A stretch of DNA of 64,000 nt from a virus: positions 1-64,000 of the IMG/VR virus record IMGVR_UViG_3300044638_008303; one strand, 5' to 3'. Shown here piece after piece: positions 18,000-28,019 of the stretch. Below the pieces are notes generated by a model. It made no database searches and was not told the origin of the DNA. It saw only the letters and a program-made list of their open reading frames with translations. How positions within the stretch are numbered: the stretch's first letter is position 1; every line of letters starts with the position of its first letter. Both the position numbers and the translations under genes were made by a program.

Positions 18000-19468
18000 A
18001 TTACTTCTTCTTGTAGTTGGTTATTTTCACGATCAAAAATATTTACATTCACACCATTTTGGTTGTTTACAATATCTTGTAAAGTTCCTTTTTCTTCCAC
18101 ATTAAAATTATCAACATTAAATGATATAAAATTTTTGCGGTATACTGGACGATTATTCTCAATTACTCGAACAAGATCATTATGTCCGTGTGCATGTTGA
18201 CCTTGATATCTAGATGCAAGCTCAATCATTTTATGTGTTCCGAATTGAGCACCATCTTCGGCTTGTTCTTCAAGAGTTTTGCGCCTAAAAATCCCAACAT
18301 AGGCAGCAAACCATTGAAGACGGTCTGATTGGGCAATAGCACTAGAATCGTCGGCTCCATTTTCGGCGCTACGATTCAATTGGCAAGCAGTAAGAATTGG
18401 AATATTCATACGAACAGAAAGCTCCTTAAGACGATCTACTTTATCACCGATAAGTTGATATTCCTGTTTACCTTTTTCTATTTCTCCTGTTAGTTTAATA
18501 TAGTCATAAACAACAATAGCGGGATTGCCACGCCCGACTTGGCCAAGATACCAACGCTGAATAATTGATTCAATTTCCGCAATTGGTTTTCCTGCTACTT
18601 GTAAATGCTTTACTTTGCCCTGTGCTTTTGCAAGCTCTGATTTCTTACTATTCCATTTGGCCAGAAGTTCTTTATTGTTTCTGAACTGTCCTGTTTCAAG
18701 CCACCACATTGGAATGCCAGTAATGCTACTAGCAATACGAAAACGAATTACGTTTGTTTGCATTTCGGTATCCAAAATAAGAGCCTGCATGTTTGGATTA
18801 ACCAGCGTTGCTTTTGAACAAATATCGCTAAGAATAGTTGATTTACCATGTTTTGGACGACTCACCCATGCGTAAAGCTCTCCTGGCCTCAATCCTCCAT
18901 ACATTTTATTAAAAAGTTTATATGGGGTAAGATATCCTGTTTCTGTAATAGGATTATTAGCTCTTTCTTCAACCATCTTTTCGATGTCTTGGAAAAGATC
19001 TTCTGGATTAGATTCTAAATCATAAGCGGTAATCTTATCATTGTACATTTTATCTGCAAATGATATGATTTCATCTGGAGATTTATCTCCGGAATTTTCC
19101 ATTGATTCCGCAATCAAAGATGCTGTTTCTGCAATCTCACGGCGAATTGTGATTGTTTTTAAATTTTTACAAGCGTCAACTAATGATTTTTGACTAATTT
19201 TGAGAAAAGCAATGCTTTCAAGGTAATCAAAAATATTAAAGTCTTGTTTAAAATTAATTCCCAAGTTTTTAATTTTTTCTCCAAGTATTACTGGATCAAG
19301 CGGCTGACCCTTCATGATCTGACCTTTTATAACACTAAAAATAGTTTTATGACCATTCGAAAAATCATTCTCATTGATAAAGTGAGAAACTTCAAAATAT
19401 ACTTGTGGGTATTTAAGAAAACCAGCTAGGACGTGTTTTTCTATTTGTACACTACGAATAGAATTCAT
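17996..19468 (-). CDS. dnaB: Replicative DNA helicase
   Basis: SRPKHGKS, DTEM, VYDYIKL and QLNR motifs. Confidence 0.93.
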   Translation of the reverse strand: MNSIRSVQIEKHVLAGFLKYPQVYFEVSHFINENDFSNGHKTIFSVIKGQIMKGQPLDPVILGEKIKNLGINFKQDFNIFDYLESIAFLKISQKSLVDACKNLKTITIRREIAETASLIAESMENSGDKSPDEIISFADKMYNDKITAYDLESNPEDLFQDIEKMVEERANNPITETGYLTPYKLFNKMYGGLRPGELYAWVSRPKHGKSTILSDICSKATLVNPNMQALILDTEMQTNVIRFRIASSITGIPMWWLETGQFRNNKELLAKWNSKKSELAKAQGKVKHLQVAGKPIAEIESIIQRWYLGQVGRGNPAIVVYDYIKLTGEIEKGKQEYQLIGDKVDRLKELSVRMNIPILTACQLNRSAENGADDSSAIAQSDRLQWFAAYVGIFRRKTLEEQAEDGAQFGTHKMIELASRYQGQHAHGHNDLVRVIENNRPVYRKNFISFNVDNFNVEEKGTLQDIVNNQNGVNVNIFDRENNQLQEEVI

Positions 19469-19469
19469 A

Positions 19470-20066
19470 TTAAATCTTATCTTTAATTACTGCATTAAAA
19501 GCTTTTTCGGCAAACTCTCTCATATTTTCTTGTTTATTTTCGTCAGTAAAGGTTGGCCAAAGGATCTTGTAATCAGCACTATTTTGAATAATTGAATCAT
19601 TAATTGATTCATCCATATTTGCTGGAGGCACTATTTCACCATTAATTGCAATTCTTTGCAAGTGAATAAGAATATTATTTTCTTTCGCCTTTAACCAGCT
19701 AACCTCATCCTCATCATATTGTTGATAACGAACATCAGGAATAATACAAACATCTGGTTGAAATTTTTGTACCCTTTTATCTAAAAGATTTGTCCAATAT
19801 TTACCCTCTGTTTGTTGACGTTTTACTTTACCATACCAAACTAAAAATTCACGAAAGGTTGCTTTTTCTTCATTATTATCTGTAAATACATTTAAACCAA
19901 GATATTGTTTAATAAAATCTTTACAATCCTCTTTAAGAGGTTGGGCCAAAGAAGTTCTATAGATTGTTTTGCCTTTATGTGACCTAATAAGATTTTCAAT
20001 CTCAAGTGCCAAACTATCCTTCCCAGATCTGGCAACACCAGCTATACCAATGTACAATACGCTCAT
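19470..20066 (-). CDS. Deoxynucleoside monophosphate kinase
   Basis: GVARSGKDS, LAQPLK, REFL and IPDVRY..E. Confidence 0.85.
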   Translation of the reverse strand: MSVLYIGIAGVARSGKDSLALEIENLIRSHKGKTIYRTSLAQPLKEDCKDFIKQYLGLNVFTDNNEEKATFREFLVWYGKVKRQQTEGKYWTNLLDKRVQKFQPDVCIIPDVRYQQYDEDEVSWLKAKENNILIHLQRIAINGEIVPPANMDESINDSIIQNSADYKILWPTFTDENKQENMREFAEKAFNAVIKDKI

Positions 20067-20072
20067 CAGTAT

Positions 20073-20101
20073 ATGATAGCGAAACTTTTTTTGATATTCA
20101 A
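20073..20101 (-). promoter_or_regulatory. sigma70-like promoter, leaderless configuration
   Basis: TTGAAT-N17-TATCAT ending 6 nt before ATG 20066. Confidence 0.6.
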
Positions 20102-20102
20102 G

Positions 20103-20516
20103 CTAAATTTCTATATCAAATTTTTCTTTTATCCATTCTGGTGATAAATTAATAATTTCATTTTCAAATATTTCAATAATACGAAATCCATTCATTTCTA
20201 ACCATTGATATTTTTGTAAATCTCTTTTAACGCTATTTTTAAATCCAGTTTTAGTTTTATGAAAATGTTTCACAAATTTATCATGTTGAAGACCATGTGT
20301 TTCTACTGCAATTTTTTTTGTAAAATTTATAAGATCACATTTCATTCGAGTCCCAAAAACTGGAAATTCCTCTACTACTACATGGGTATTCCAGCAGTGT
20401 TGAAAGAATTTTTTTACATTAAATTGGACTTTGCTTTTACATGGCTTGTCCCAGTCAATTAAAAAACGATTAATCGTTTTATTGACTTCTTTTCCAAAAA
20501 TATTTTTAAATTTCAT
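20103..20516 (-). CDS. DUF559/Vsr-like endonuclease
   Basis: EFPV...D...IAVETHGLQH...RDLQK..W...NGF. Confidence 0.75.
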   Translation of the reverse strand: MKFKNIFGKEVNKTINRFLIDWDKPCKSKVQFNVKKFFQHCWNTHVVVEEFPVFGTRMKCDLINFTKKIAVETHGLQHDKFVKHFHKTKTGFKNSVKRDLQKYQWLEMNGFRIIEIFENEIINLSPEWIKEKFDIEI

Positions 20517-21546
20517 TCAAATCGTTATGAACCATCTCGTTAACTAAATCTTCAAAAGAATATTTAGGATACCAATTTAATTCAGATTTAGCTTTTTGTG
20601 GATTGCCAAGTAGCAAATCTACTTCAGCTGGCCTATAAAAAATAGGATTAATTTTTACTAAAATTTTATTATTATATATAAATTTTTCATTTATTCCTTC
20701 ACCTTCCCAGTAACCATTAATATTAATTAAATTAAATGCTTTTTCAATAAATTCTTTTACAGTATGTGTTTCTCCAGAAGCTAATAAATATTCTTTTGGA
20801 TCTTTTTGATTAAGCATTATCCAAATACCATAAACAAAATCTTTCGCATGGCTCCAGTCTCTCTTAGCATAAATATTACCCAATTCTAAAGGTTCAAATT
20901 CATATTTATATTCTAAAGCTTTTTTGATATTTGATATTTTTTTTGTAATTTTTCTTGTAACAAATTCTTCGCCACGCCTTGGGCTCTCATGATTATACAA
21001 TAAGCCTTGAATTGCAAAAAGATTATAGCTCTCTCTATATACTTTAACAATATGTCTTGCAGCAGCTTTTGCTGCTCCGTATGGACTTCTTGGTTTTAAT
21101 GGATGAGTTTCATCTTGAGGGCTATAATCAACGTTACCAAGTTCTTCAGAAGAGCCAGCGTTATAAAATCGACAATTTGGAGCATGTTTTCTTATAGCTT
21201 CTAAACATCTAATAACACCGACAGCATCAATATCAAAAGTTTGTTCTGGAATTTGCCAAGAAGCACCAACAAAACTTTGTGCAGCTAAGTTAATAAAATA
21301 ATCTGGTTGTATTTCTCTTACGATATTATCTATTGATTGTGAGTCGGTTAAATCCCCAGTTATTAATTCAAATCTTGGGTTGTTCAATAGGTGTTTGATG
21401 TTATGATAATTATTTGTAGAAGCTCTTCTTATCATTCCAAAGATTTTATAAGTAGTATTTTCTAAAAGAAAATCTGCCATATAACTTCCATCTTGACCAG
21501 TTACTCCAGTAATAATTACTGTTTTTTTAGCATCTTTATTTTCCAT
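20506..21546 (-). CDS. gmd: GDP-mannose 4,6-dehydratase
   Basis: GVTGQDGSY, NLAAQS, SPYGAAK, NHESPRRG, RDW and RPAEVDLL. Confidence 0.95.
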   Translation of the reverse strand: MENKDAKKTVIITGVTGQDGSYMADFLLENTTYKIFGMIRRASTNNYHNIKHLLNNPRFELITGDLTDSQSIDNIVREIQPDYFINLAAQSFVGASWQIPEQTFDIDAVGVIRCLEAIRKHAPNCRFYNAGSSEELGNVDYSPQDETHPLKPRSPYGAAKAAARHIVKVYRESYNLFAIQGLLYNHESPRRGEEFVTRKITKKISNIKKALEYKYEFEPLELGNIYAKRDWSHAKDFVYGIWIMLNQKDPKEYLLASGETHTVKEFIEKAFNLININGYWEGEGINEKFIYNNKILVKINPIFYRPAEVDLLLGNPQKAKSELNWYPKYSFEDLVNEMVHNDLNEI

Positions 21547-21979
21547 ATTTTTTATTTATATATAATAATGGAAAATCTGTGCATATCCCAAAAATATTTT
21601 TAGTTATTTTTTGTTTTTTGGTCAAGACTAAAATTGAATTATTTCTTATTTCTTTATTAGGATACGTCCATATGTAATTTTTAGAAGTTAGTGTAAAATC
21701 ATCATTCTGATGCCAAAAACAATGTATTTTTTTATTTTTTAACATTAAACTTAATGCATCTAAATTTTTAGCATGACACCAAAGTTTATTATTTTGAAGA
21801 AACGATTCTTTTATTGAATAAATTGGTTTATCATGCCCTAAGTACCATTTATTATTCTTAAACCACACATCTATTTCAACATCAAAACCATTATTTAAAG
21901 CAATATTAATTGCGGGTATAGAATTTTCTGTAAAAGGATTTGGCCCATTTAAATTTCCTCTATGCGAAATTATAATCAT
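21536..21979 (-). CDS. PLC-like/glycerophosphodiester phosphodiesterase-fold protein
   Basis: IISHRGN, ENS, DVEIDV, LGHD and GICTD. Confidence 0.75.
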   Translation of the reverse strand: MIIISHRGNLNGPNPFTENSIPAINIALNNGFDVEIDVWFKNNKWYLGHDKPIYSIKESFLQNNKLWCHAKNLDALSLMLKNKKIHCFWHQNDDFTLTSKNYIWTYPNKEIRNNSILVLTKKQKITKNIFGICTDFPLLYINKKYGK

Positions 21980-22584
21980 TATTTTCTTTTAAAAGAAATA
22001 TTAACTTCATTATTATGAATATCATTGCTAGTTATGTTTAAAATTTCAAAATTATTTGATAATAAAAAATCTATGCATTCCTGTTTTGTGTTCTGTTGAT
22101 TATACAAAATATCATTTTCACTTGCAGCTTCTAAAATACCTGCTTCAACAAGTGTTATATATTTACCTAGACCTTTTAAGACATTTAGATCTGAGCCTTG
22201 TGTATCTATGTGAAGATACGTAATATAGGGTATATTATGTTCTTCTATAAAAGAGTCTAATCTTATAACGTCTACTTCTATTTTTTCTGTAACTGTAAAA
22301 TCAGGCCTATTTATCCAACGTGTTTTTGATTTTTCTGAAAAATTTAAAAGAGAACTGCACCCCCAATCGGCGTTTCCCGCAATATTAAAAGTAGCTTTAC
22401 CATTAAAATCTGATACCGCTTTTTTAATTAAAAAATAATTTGTTTTATCAAGAATTTTATTTTCAATGTATTTAATTAAAAATGGGGTTGGTTCAAAAGC
22501 ATAAACAATATTTGAAGGATCATTCGCAAGAAACAAAGAAGATTCCCCATTATTCGCCCCAATGTCAAAATAAATTTTTTTCAT
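21979..22584 (-). CDS. FkbM-family SAM methyltransferase
   Basis: FDIGANNG, AFEP, RLD and HIDTQGSD. Confidence 0.88.
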   Translation of the reverse strand: MKKIYFDIGANNGESSLFLANDPSNIVYAFEPTPFLIKYIENKILDKTNYFLIKKAVSDFNGKATFNIAGNADWGCSSLLNFSEKSKTRWINRPDFTVTEKIEVDVIRLDSFIEEHNIPYITYLHIDTQGSDLNVLKGLGKYITLVEAGILEAASENDILYNQQNTKQECIDFLLSNNFEILNITSNDIHNNEVNISFKRK

Positions 22585-23942
22585 AAAGAATAGTTTTTAG
22601 TGAAATAAGATAAGTCCTCTGGAGTTCCTAATCCCCACATTTTTTTAATATTAAAAGATTTTATTATTTTTTTATCGTTAATTGCTTCATTAAACACTGG
22701 GCAAACATAAAATTCATTATTAACTCTAATGTTTTTTTGAATCATTTGTTCTGCATATTTTACAAAATCAGAACCTTTTTTCCAAAAATAATAGCCAACT
22801 GTTGCTATATTTGATATTGGATTTTTTTCAGCAACCTCTGTAATAATACCATCATTGTTTAATTTAACAAAAGACCACTTAGGATGTGTTGATTCAAATG
22901 TAACGATACCTCCGTCTGCATTGGTTTCTTGCATTTTGTACATAAATTCATTAGAATCCCATTCTGCAAACTGATCTGAATTTGCAAAAAACAATGGGTT
23001 ATCATTATTTATATAAGTTTTAGCTAATAAAGCGGTACATGCCGCCCCTTCTGTTAAATCATTAGTTTCAACTATTTGGCAATTAGGCGTTAATAAATTA
23101 AGTAACGTATCTAAATTATATTTATCACGATGATTTTTTTGAACTACATATATATAATTCGCATCTAGATTAAGATTTTCAATAACTACTTGAATCATTG
23201 GTTTACCGTTTACTTCAATTAATGGTTTCGGAAACGTGTACCCAGCCTGTTCAAATCGACTTCCTGCCCCAGCCATAGGGATAAGAACGTTTAGTTTTTC
23301 ATTTTTCCATTTTGGTATCATATTTATTTGTTTATTTAAGTATTTATAAATATTATTATATGTAACATTTTTTGACGATTCAACTCTCATTATATGAGCT
23401 TTTGATCTATTAGCTGCCAATAGTCCATAAGGAGAGTCTTCAATTATTAAAGTCTCTTCTGGTAAACATTTCATCATTGAAATTGCTTTCCAATACATTT
23501 CAGGATGAGGTTTTGAATTTTCAACATCTTCGTTTGATAATATTAGATCAAAATATTCAATAATTCCAAGTTTACATAATATTACAAAAACTGTTTTACG
23601 TATACTATTACTACAACATGCAATTTTATATCCTTCTTTTAATAAAGATTCTAGACAATTTTGAAGTTGTAAAGAAGGCTTAATATTATTAAGTTTTAAT
23701 AAAGTTATTCGTTGTTTTTCTTTCCAAATTTTTTCATAATTATCGACTGGTAATCCTTTATCTAGAGTAAGCATTTCGAGCTTTTGTTTAGTTTTTAAAC
23801 CATCATATCTATTTAAATGTTCATCCCATTCTATTTTATATTTTGGGCCAAGCGCTTCATTAAGAGCATCAAAATGAATATTTTTCGCTTCAATTAGTAC
23901 TCCATCTAAATCAAAGATTATTAATTTTATAGATTGTTTCAT
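22581..23942 (-). CDS. HAD phosphatase fused to a sugar nucleotidyltransferase
   Basis: N-terminal DLDGVL, KPHP, EDS; C-terminal PMAGAGSRF...PKPL, AEK, EFY and LGTPED. Confidence 0.88.
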   Translation of the reverse strand: MKQSIKLIIFDLDGVLIEAKNIHFDALNEALGPKYKIEWDEHLNRYDGLKTKQKLEMLTLDKGLPVDNYEKIWKEKQRITLLKLNNIKPSLQLQNCLESLLKEGYKIACCSNSIRKTVFVILCKLGIIEYFDLILSNEDVENSKPHPEMYWKAISMMKCLPEETLIIEDSPYGLLAANRSKAHIMRVESSKNVTYNNIYKYLNKQINMIPKWKNEKLNVLIPMAGAGSRFEQAGYTFPKPLIEVNGKPMIQVVIENLNLDANYIYVVQKNHRDKYNLDTLLNLLTPNCQIVETNDLTEGAACTALLAKTYINNDNPLFFANSDQFAEWDSNEFMYKMQETNADGGIVTFESTHPKWSFVKLNNDGIITEVAEKNPISNIATVGYYFWKKGSDFVKYAEQMIQKNIRVNNEFYVCPVFNEAINDKKIIKSFNIKKMWGLGTPEDLSYFTKNYSL

Positions 23943-23966
23943 TATTTTATATTTATTAAAAGTTTT

Positions 23967-24605
23967 TTATAAAAAAGTTCTATTTGGTAATAATTTGTAA
24001 GAAGAACAGTCAAATTCTTCAATCATACAATTATTATATTTAATTAATTTTTCTAAAACTACTTCAGGATTCCAACTATTATCAAATATATTATAAACAG
24101 AATATAAATCTTTCATTTTTATGGAGTTTTTTAAATAATTGAAATTACCAGCTATAAAGTGATCATTTATACCAAATCCCTTGCTAGGATGATATATTTT
24201 AGGAACAAAGCAAATATTTTTAGTAAAATCAAAAATATATTTTGTTTCAAATATTAAGTCTGTTCTACATTTTATAATAAAGTCATAATCATGATTTAAA
24301 TTTTCAATAAAATTATAAATTTTTAAATTATGAAAAAATTGGGAATAATGTCCTATTCGACCATAATTTAAGTTTGAGTTATTTTTTAACTGTTGAGTGT
24401 ATGGAAAATTTATTTGATTTAAATATTCTTCTGTAGGTTCATTATTTTTTATTACAAAATTGAATAAGGTATTGTCAAAAACTTGACTATCCCATGTAGA
24501 AATTAAAAATTCTAAATTATGTTCTGGAAATAATTTATAATAATTGTTTTTTACAATTTCAATGTTGTCTCTAATTTTGCCCCAAAAACAAATTAAACCT
24601 TTCAT
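23967..24605 (-). CDS. Putative glycan-biosynthesis protein (GT-A/WavE-like)
   Basis: ISTW, IIKCRTDL, INDHF and NPE pattern within the sugar island. Confidence 0.5.
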   Translation of the reverse strand: MKGLICFWGKIRDNIEIVKNNYYKLFPEHNLEFLISTWDSQVFDNTLFNFVIKNNEPTEEYLNQINFPYTQQLKNNSNLNYGRIGHYSQFFHNLKIYNFIENLNHDYDFIIKCRTDLIFETKYIFDFTKNICFVPKIYHPSKGFGINDHFIAGNFNYLKNSIKMKDLYSVYNIFDNSWNPEVVLEKLIKYNNCMIEEFDCSSYKLLPNRTFL

Positions 24606-24643
24606 TTTTTAAAAAAAATTGATTTTTGTTATTATTAACTTAT

Positions 24644-25342
24644 TTAGTTCCATATACAAACCCTATTTTTAAATCCATATTCTGTTGTATAATAATCTCT
24701 TTTAAACCCTTCAGACTTTAACCATGGATTTAATGTAGATCCAATATCTAAATAAATATTATTTGAATTAAATTTGAATAATTGATGCGCTAGGATATTT
24801 CCAAACGGACCAGCACAAAATAAAAATAAACTATTTTTTATATTTTCTTTTTGAATTTCTTGTATTAAATTATAATTTTTAATAAAAGCTGTCTCTTCTA
24901 CTGGGTAAAACTTTTCTAATTTAAAAGGTAAATTTTGAATTTGAGAATTTTTATTTGCAATAAGGTAAACCTTATGATTTTGATATTCTGAAATAAAATT
25001 TTCTTTATAAAATTTATAATTAGAATTTACAAATATATTTGCAAAAGTTAAATGCTCATTATCTTGACCACTCATTTCTTTCATGTTAAAATGTTCTTGC
25101 CCCCCACAACATTCGCAACTTATACCAACATAATAATTTAGATCCTTAAATTGAAATGATTCAATCAGCTTTTGTCGATAGAATTCGGTTTCATTATTGT
25201 TTAAATAATTAAATTCTCCATTATTTATATTATAACCATTTATAATTGCCCATTCTCCATCAGCATATTTACTAAAACTAAATGGATGTTTTCTTTGAAG
25301 TTTCTCAAAAATTTTTTTTATTTCTTCATTAAATATTTTCAT
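24644..25342 (-). CDS. DUF1792 / GT-D-fold-like glycosyltransferase
   Basis: SFSKYADGE, LFCAGP and LDIGS parallel the GT-D motifs RFGDGE, LGP and DIGH. Confidence 0.6.
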   Translation of the reverse strand: MKIFNEEIKKIFEKLQRKHPFSFSKYADGEWAIINGYNINNGEFNYLNNNETEFYRQKLIESFQFKDLNYYVGISCECCGGQEHFNMKEMSGQDNEHLTFANIFVNSNYKFYKENFISEYQNHKVYLIANKNSQIQNLPFKLEKFYPVEETAFIKNYNLIQEIQKENIKNSLFLFCAGPFGNILAHQLFKFNSNNIYLDIGSTLNPWLKSEGFKRDYYTTEYGFKNRVCIWN

Positions 25343-26312
25343 TAATTATTTTTATTATTCTATCACTAGAAAATCCATCTCCATATGGGCAGTCTTCATT
25401 AATAATATAATCAATAACTAAATTATCAAAAATATTTTCTAAACTTGACGGAGATAAACACAAATGTAAATGATTTGTATTAATAGCTTCCGGTCTTTCT
25501 GTTGTTTTTCTGCATACAATTACTTTTTTATTAAAAAAAGAACCTTCTTCTTGTAGCCCACCGCTATCAGTAATTACTAATTTACATTCAACTAATAAAT
25601 TTAACAAATCTTTATATTTTAATGGCTCGACAACTTTAACATTTTGTAATAAGTTTTTATGTCGAATTACATTTGGATTAGGATGTATTGGAAGTATAAA
25701 TTCTAAATTTGGATATTTTTTTGCAAGCTTGTCTATTTCTACAAACCATTTTTCCATCAAATGATGATTTTCTCTTCTATGTAGTGTTACTAAAACTTTA
25801 TTGGCATATGTACATTTTTCTTTATATTCTAATAAATTATCTAATATCGTATTTCCTACAACAAAGCATTCTCCATTTGTTTTTTCGTTAGTTAAGTTAT
25901 GTTTAGATAAAGTTGTGGGGCAAAAATTAACATGAGATAATCTTGATATCATTTGTCGATAACCTTCTTCTGGATATGGATGTTCCAAATTATAACTTCT
26001 CAATCCAGCTTCTAGATAATAAATCTTTTTGCATTGATGAAATGCTGCCAAAGCACACCCAAAAGCAGAAGCAGTATCTCCTTGTACTAGTACAGAGTCA
26101 AAATCATCATTGGGAAATTGTAATAAGCAATCAGCAATAATTTGATCTAGTCTAGAATTATTATTATTAATATTAATTTTATAATCTACTTGAATATCTT
26201 TTAATAAATCTATATGCTGCCCAGTAAATAAAAGTTTATAGCTTTTAAGTTTGCTTAGTAAGGGTTTAATTTTAAGCCATTCTGGGCGCGTACCAAAACA
26301 TAATAAAATCAT
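25329..26312 (-). CDS. wecB: UDP-N-acetylglucosamine 2-epimerase (non-hydrolysing)
   Basis: GTRPE, TGQH, QGDT, EAGLRS, HRREN, TDSGGLQEE, ERPE and YGDG. Confidence 0.93.
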   Translation of the reverse strand: MILLCFGTRPEWLKIKPLLSKLKSYKLLFTGQHIDLLKDIQVDYKININNNNSRLDQIIADCLLQFPNDDFDSVLVQGDTASAFGCALAAFHQCKKIYYLEAGLRSYNLEHPYPEEGYRQMISRLSHVNFCPTTLSKHNLTNEKTNGECFVVGNTILDNLLEYKEKCTYANKVLVTLHRRENHHLMEKWFVEIDKLAKKYPNLEFILPIHPNPNVIRHKNLLQNVKVVEPLKYKDLLNLLVECKLVITDSGGLQEEGSFFNKKVIVCRKTTERPEAINTNHLHLCLSPSSLENIFDNLVIDYIINEDCPYGDGFSSDRIIKIINENI

Positions 26313-26313
26313 A

Positions 26314-27045
26314 TTAAATTTGATTTATAACTTTAAAACCTTTGCTTACAATATAATTTAAATAATTATACATTTCTGGAATTGCAAATTTACAAGTTGC
26401 TTCTACACCATCACCATATTCTACTGCTTTTAAGCTTCCCCACATTTCTTTGTCATTTTTTGGATGCGGTGGCACATAAGTTTTTAATCCATAATGTTTT
26501 TGAATAGCATAAGAAAAATGCATATCTTCACCAGCGAAAAAGAATTCTTTTGGTGGCATTTCATACCAATAAGCAGATAACCACTCTTTTTCAAAAAACC
26601 AACAGTGACCCACAATATCTACATGCGCGACTTCTTCATTTGCTGTTTCCCAGCCTATACCATGAGTGTGATGGTAAGAATGTTGATTCTGAAATATAAT
26701 TCCTCGAGTACCTAGTAATCCTCTATGTGTCTGAATTGTATTTAAACAATTTTCTAACCATTTAGATCCTGGAATTGTATCATCATCAAAAATACAAACA
26801 TATTTTGTTTTTGCGTTTAGGGCATATGCAAAACGTGACCATACCCCTAAATTTGTATTACAAACCGCTGTAACGCAATTTTGTTTCACTGAGTCCGGAA
26901 ATTTATCATATGTTTCTGGGTGAAAATTTTGCCATAAAAATATATTTTTGGGCTGAACTGTTTGTTTTTGAATGGAATTAAATTGTTCCTCTAAAGTTGA
27001 GGAACGTCGATAACCATTTAGAATTACTGTAATAGAATCATCCAT
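26314..27045 (-). CDS. GT-A fold glycosyltransferase
   Basis: YVCIFDDD (DxD) and GEDM. Confidence 0.8.
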   Translation of the reverse strand: MDDSITVILNGYRRSSTLEEQFNSIQKQTVQPKNIFLWQNFHPETYDKFPDSVKQNCVTAVCNTNLGVWSRFAYALNAKTKYVCIFDDDTIPGSKWLENCLNTIQTHRGLLGTRGIIFQNQHSYHHTHGIGWETANEEVAHVDIVGHCWFFEKEWLSAYWYEMPPKEFFFAGEDMHFSYAIQKHYGLKTYVPPHPKNDKEMWGSLKAVEYGDGVEATCKFAIPEMYNYLNYIVSKGFKVINQI

Positions 27046-27053
27046 TGAATTTA

Positions 27054-28019
27054 TTATAATAGATTATTTAAAAAATGTCCAAGTTTTTCTGTTTCTTTTT
27101 TGTTATTAATTATTTGGCGTATTACTTTTGCTGTTGTACTTTGTAAAAAGTATCTATAATCCTTACTTTCGGTTAAGGCTTTAAGTTTAGCATAATATTC
27201 TTCAGGAGTTTCGAAAAATAAAGCCGTAATATTTTCTATAGACCATTGCATTAAACTTTTATTTTGAGCTAATTGCCGATGTAAAAAAACTGGTTTTCCA
27301 CAAGCCATACTTTCAATTATCGCCATTCCATATCCTTCTAAACCTTTAATATGTTGTGTAGCAATACTAGATTTTAAAGTTTTAGTTAATTCTTCTTGGG
27401 TACTATGGGTATGATAATGATAATCAATAAATGGAGTTAATTTTTGTAATTCTTTACTATATAAATATTCTTTATTGAAATTTTTTTCATATTCTGAAAT
27501 ATAAATTCCAATTATATTGCTATCCGTTTGACCTTCGAAAGAACATCTATCATAATCTACCCATGGTTTATAATATAAATAATTTAATTTATATTTATTA
27601 CTTAACATATATCCAGTATAATCAGCACAAAGATAATTTTGTGAAACGTAAAATGGATATGCTCCATCCCAATAATCATTACCGCTATAAAATGCTAATT
27701 TAGATTTATCTTTTAAATGTAGCCATAGCTCATTTAATACTTCGAATTGTGATTCAAAATTAGATATAAATAAAATTTCGGGTTTTAAATCTAAAATTTC
27801 TTCTTTATTTAAAACTTTAACATTTTTATGTTTAAAAAATAAGTCGGCTTTTTCTTGCGTCCACTGTTCATTCCAAACAAATTGGCTAAATTGATTTGGA
27901 GGTCTATGTGTTATTTTATATTCATTAGATGGTAAAATTAACGTATACCCCAAAAAATTAAAAGCTTCCGCGATTCCTTTTGTTAAATTTTTATGAATAT
28001 CCGGCCAAAAAATGTTCAT
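27054..28019 (-). CDS. GT-B (GT4-like) glycosyltransferase
   Basis: EGYGMAIIESMACGKPV (EX7E). Confidence 0.8.
   Translation of the reverse strand: MNIFWPDIHKNLTKGIAEAFNFLGYTLILPSNEYKITHRPPNQFSQFVWNEQWTQEKADLFFKHKNVKVLNKEEILDLKPEILFISNFESQFEVLNELWLHLKDKSKLAFYSGNDYWDGAYPFYVSQNYLCADYTGYMLSNKYKLNYLYYKPWVDYDRCSFEGQTDSNIIGIYISEYEKNFNKEYLYSKELQKLTPFIDYHYHTHSTQEELTKTLKSSIATQHIKGLEGYGMAIIESMACGKPVFLHRQLAQNKSLMQWSIENITALFFETPEEYYAKLKALTESKDYRYFLQSTTAKVIRQIINNKKETEKLGHFLNNLL

Noticed and set aside
20506-28019. Bacterial O-antigen/capsule locus (window being a bacterial chromosome)
   Set aside because: No wzx/wzy/ABC export genes or housekeeping context; the flanks are phage-type replication and tail genes.
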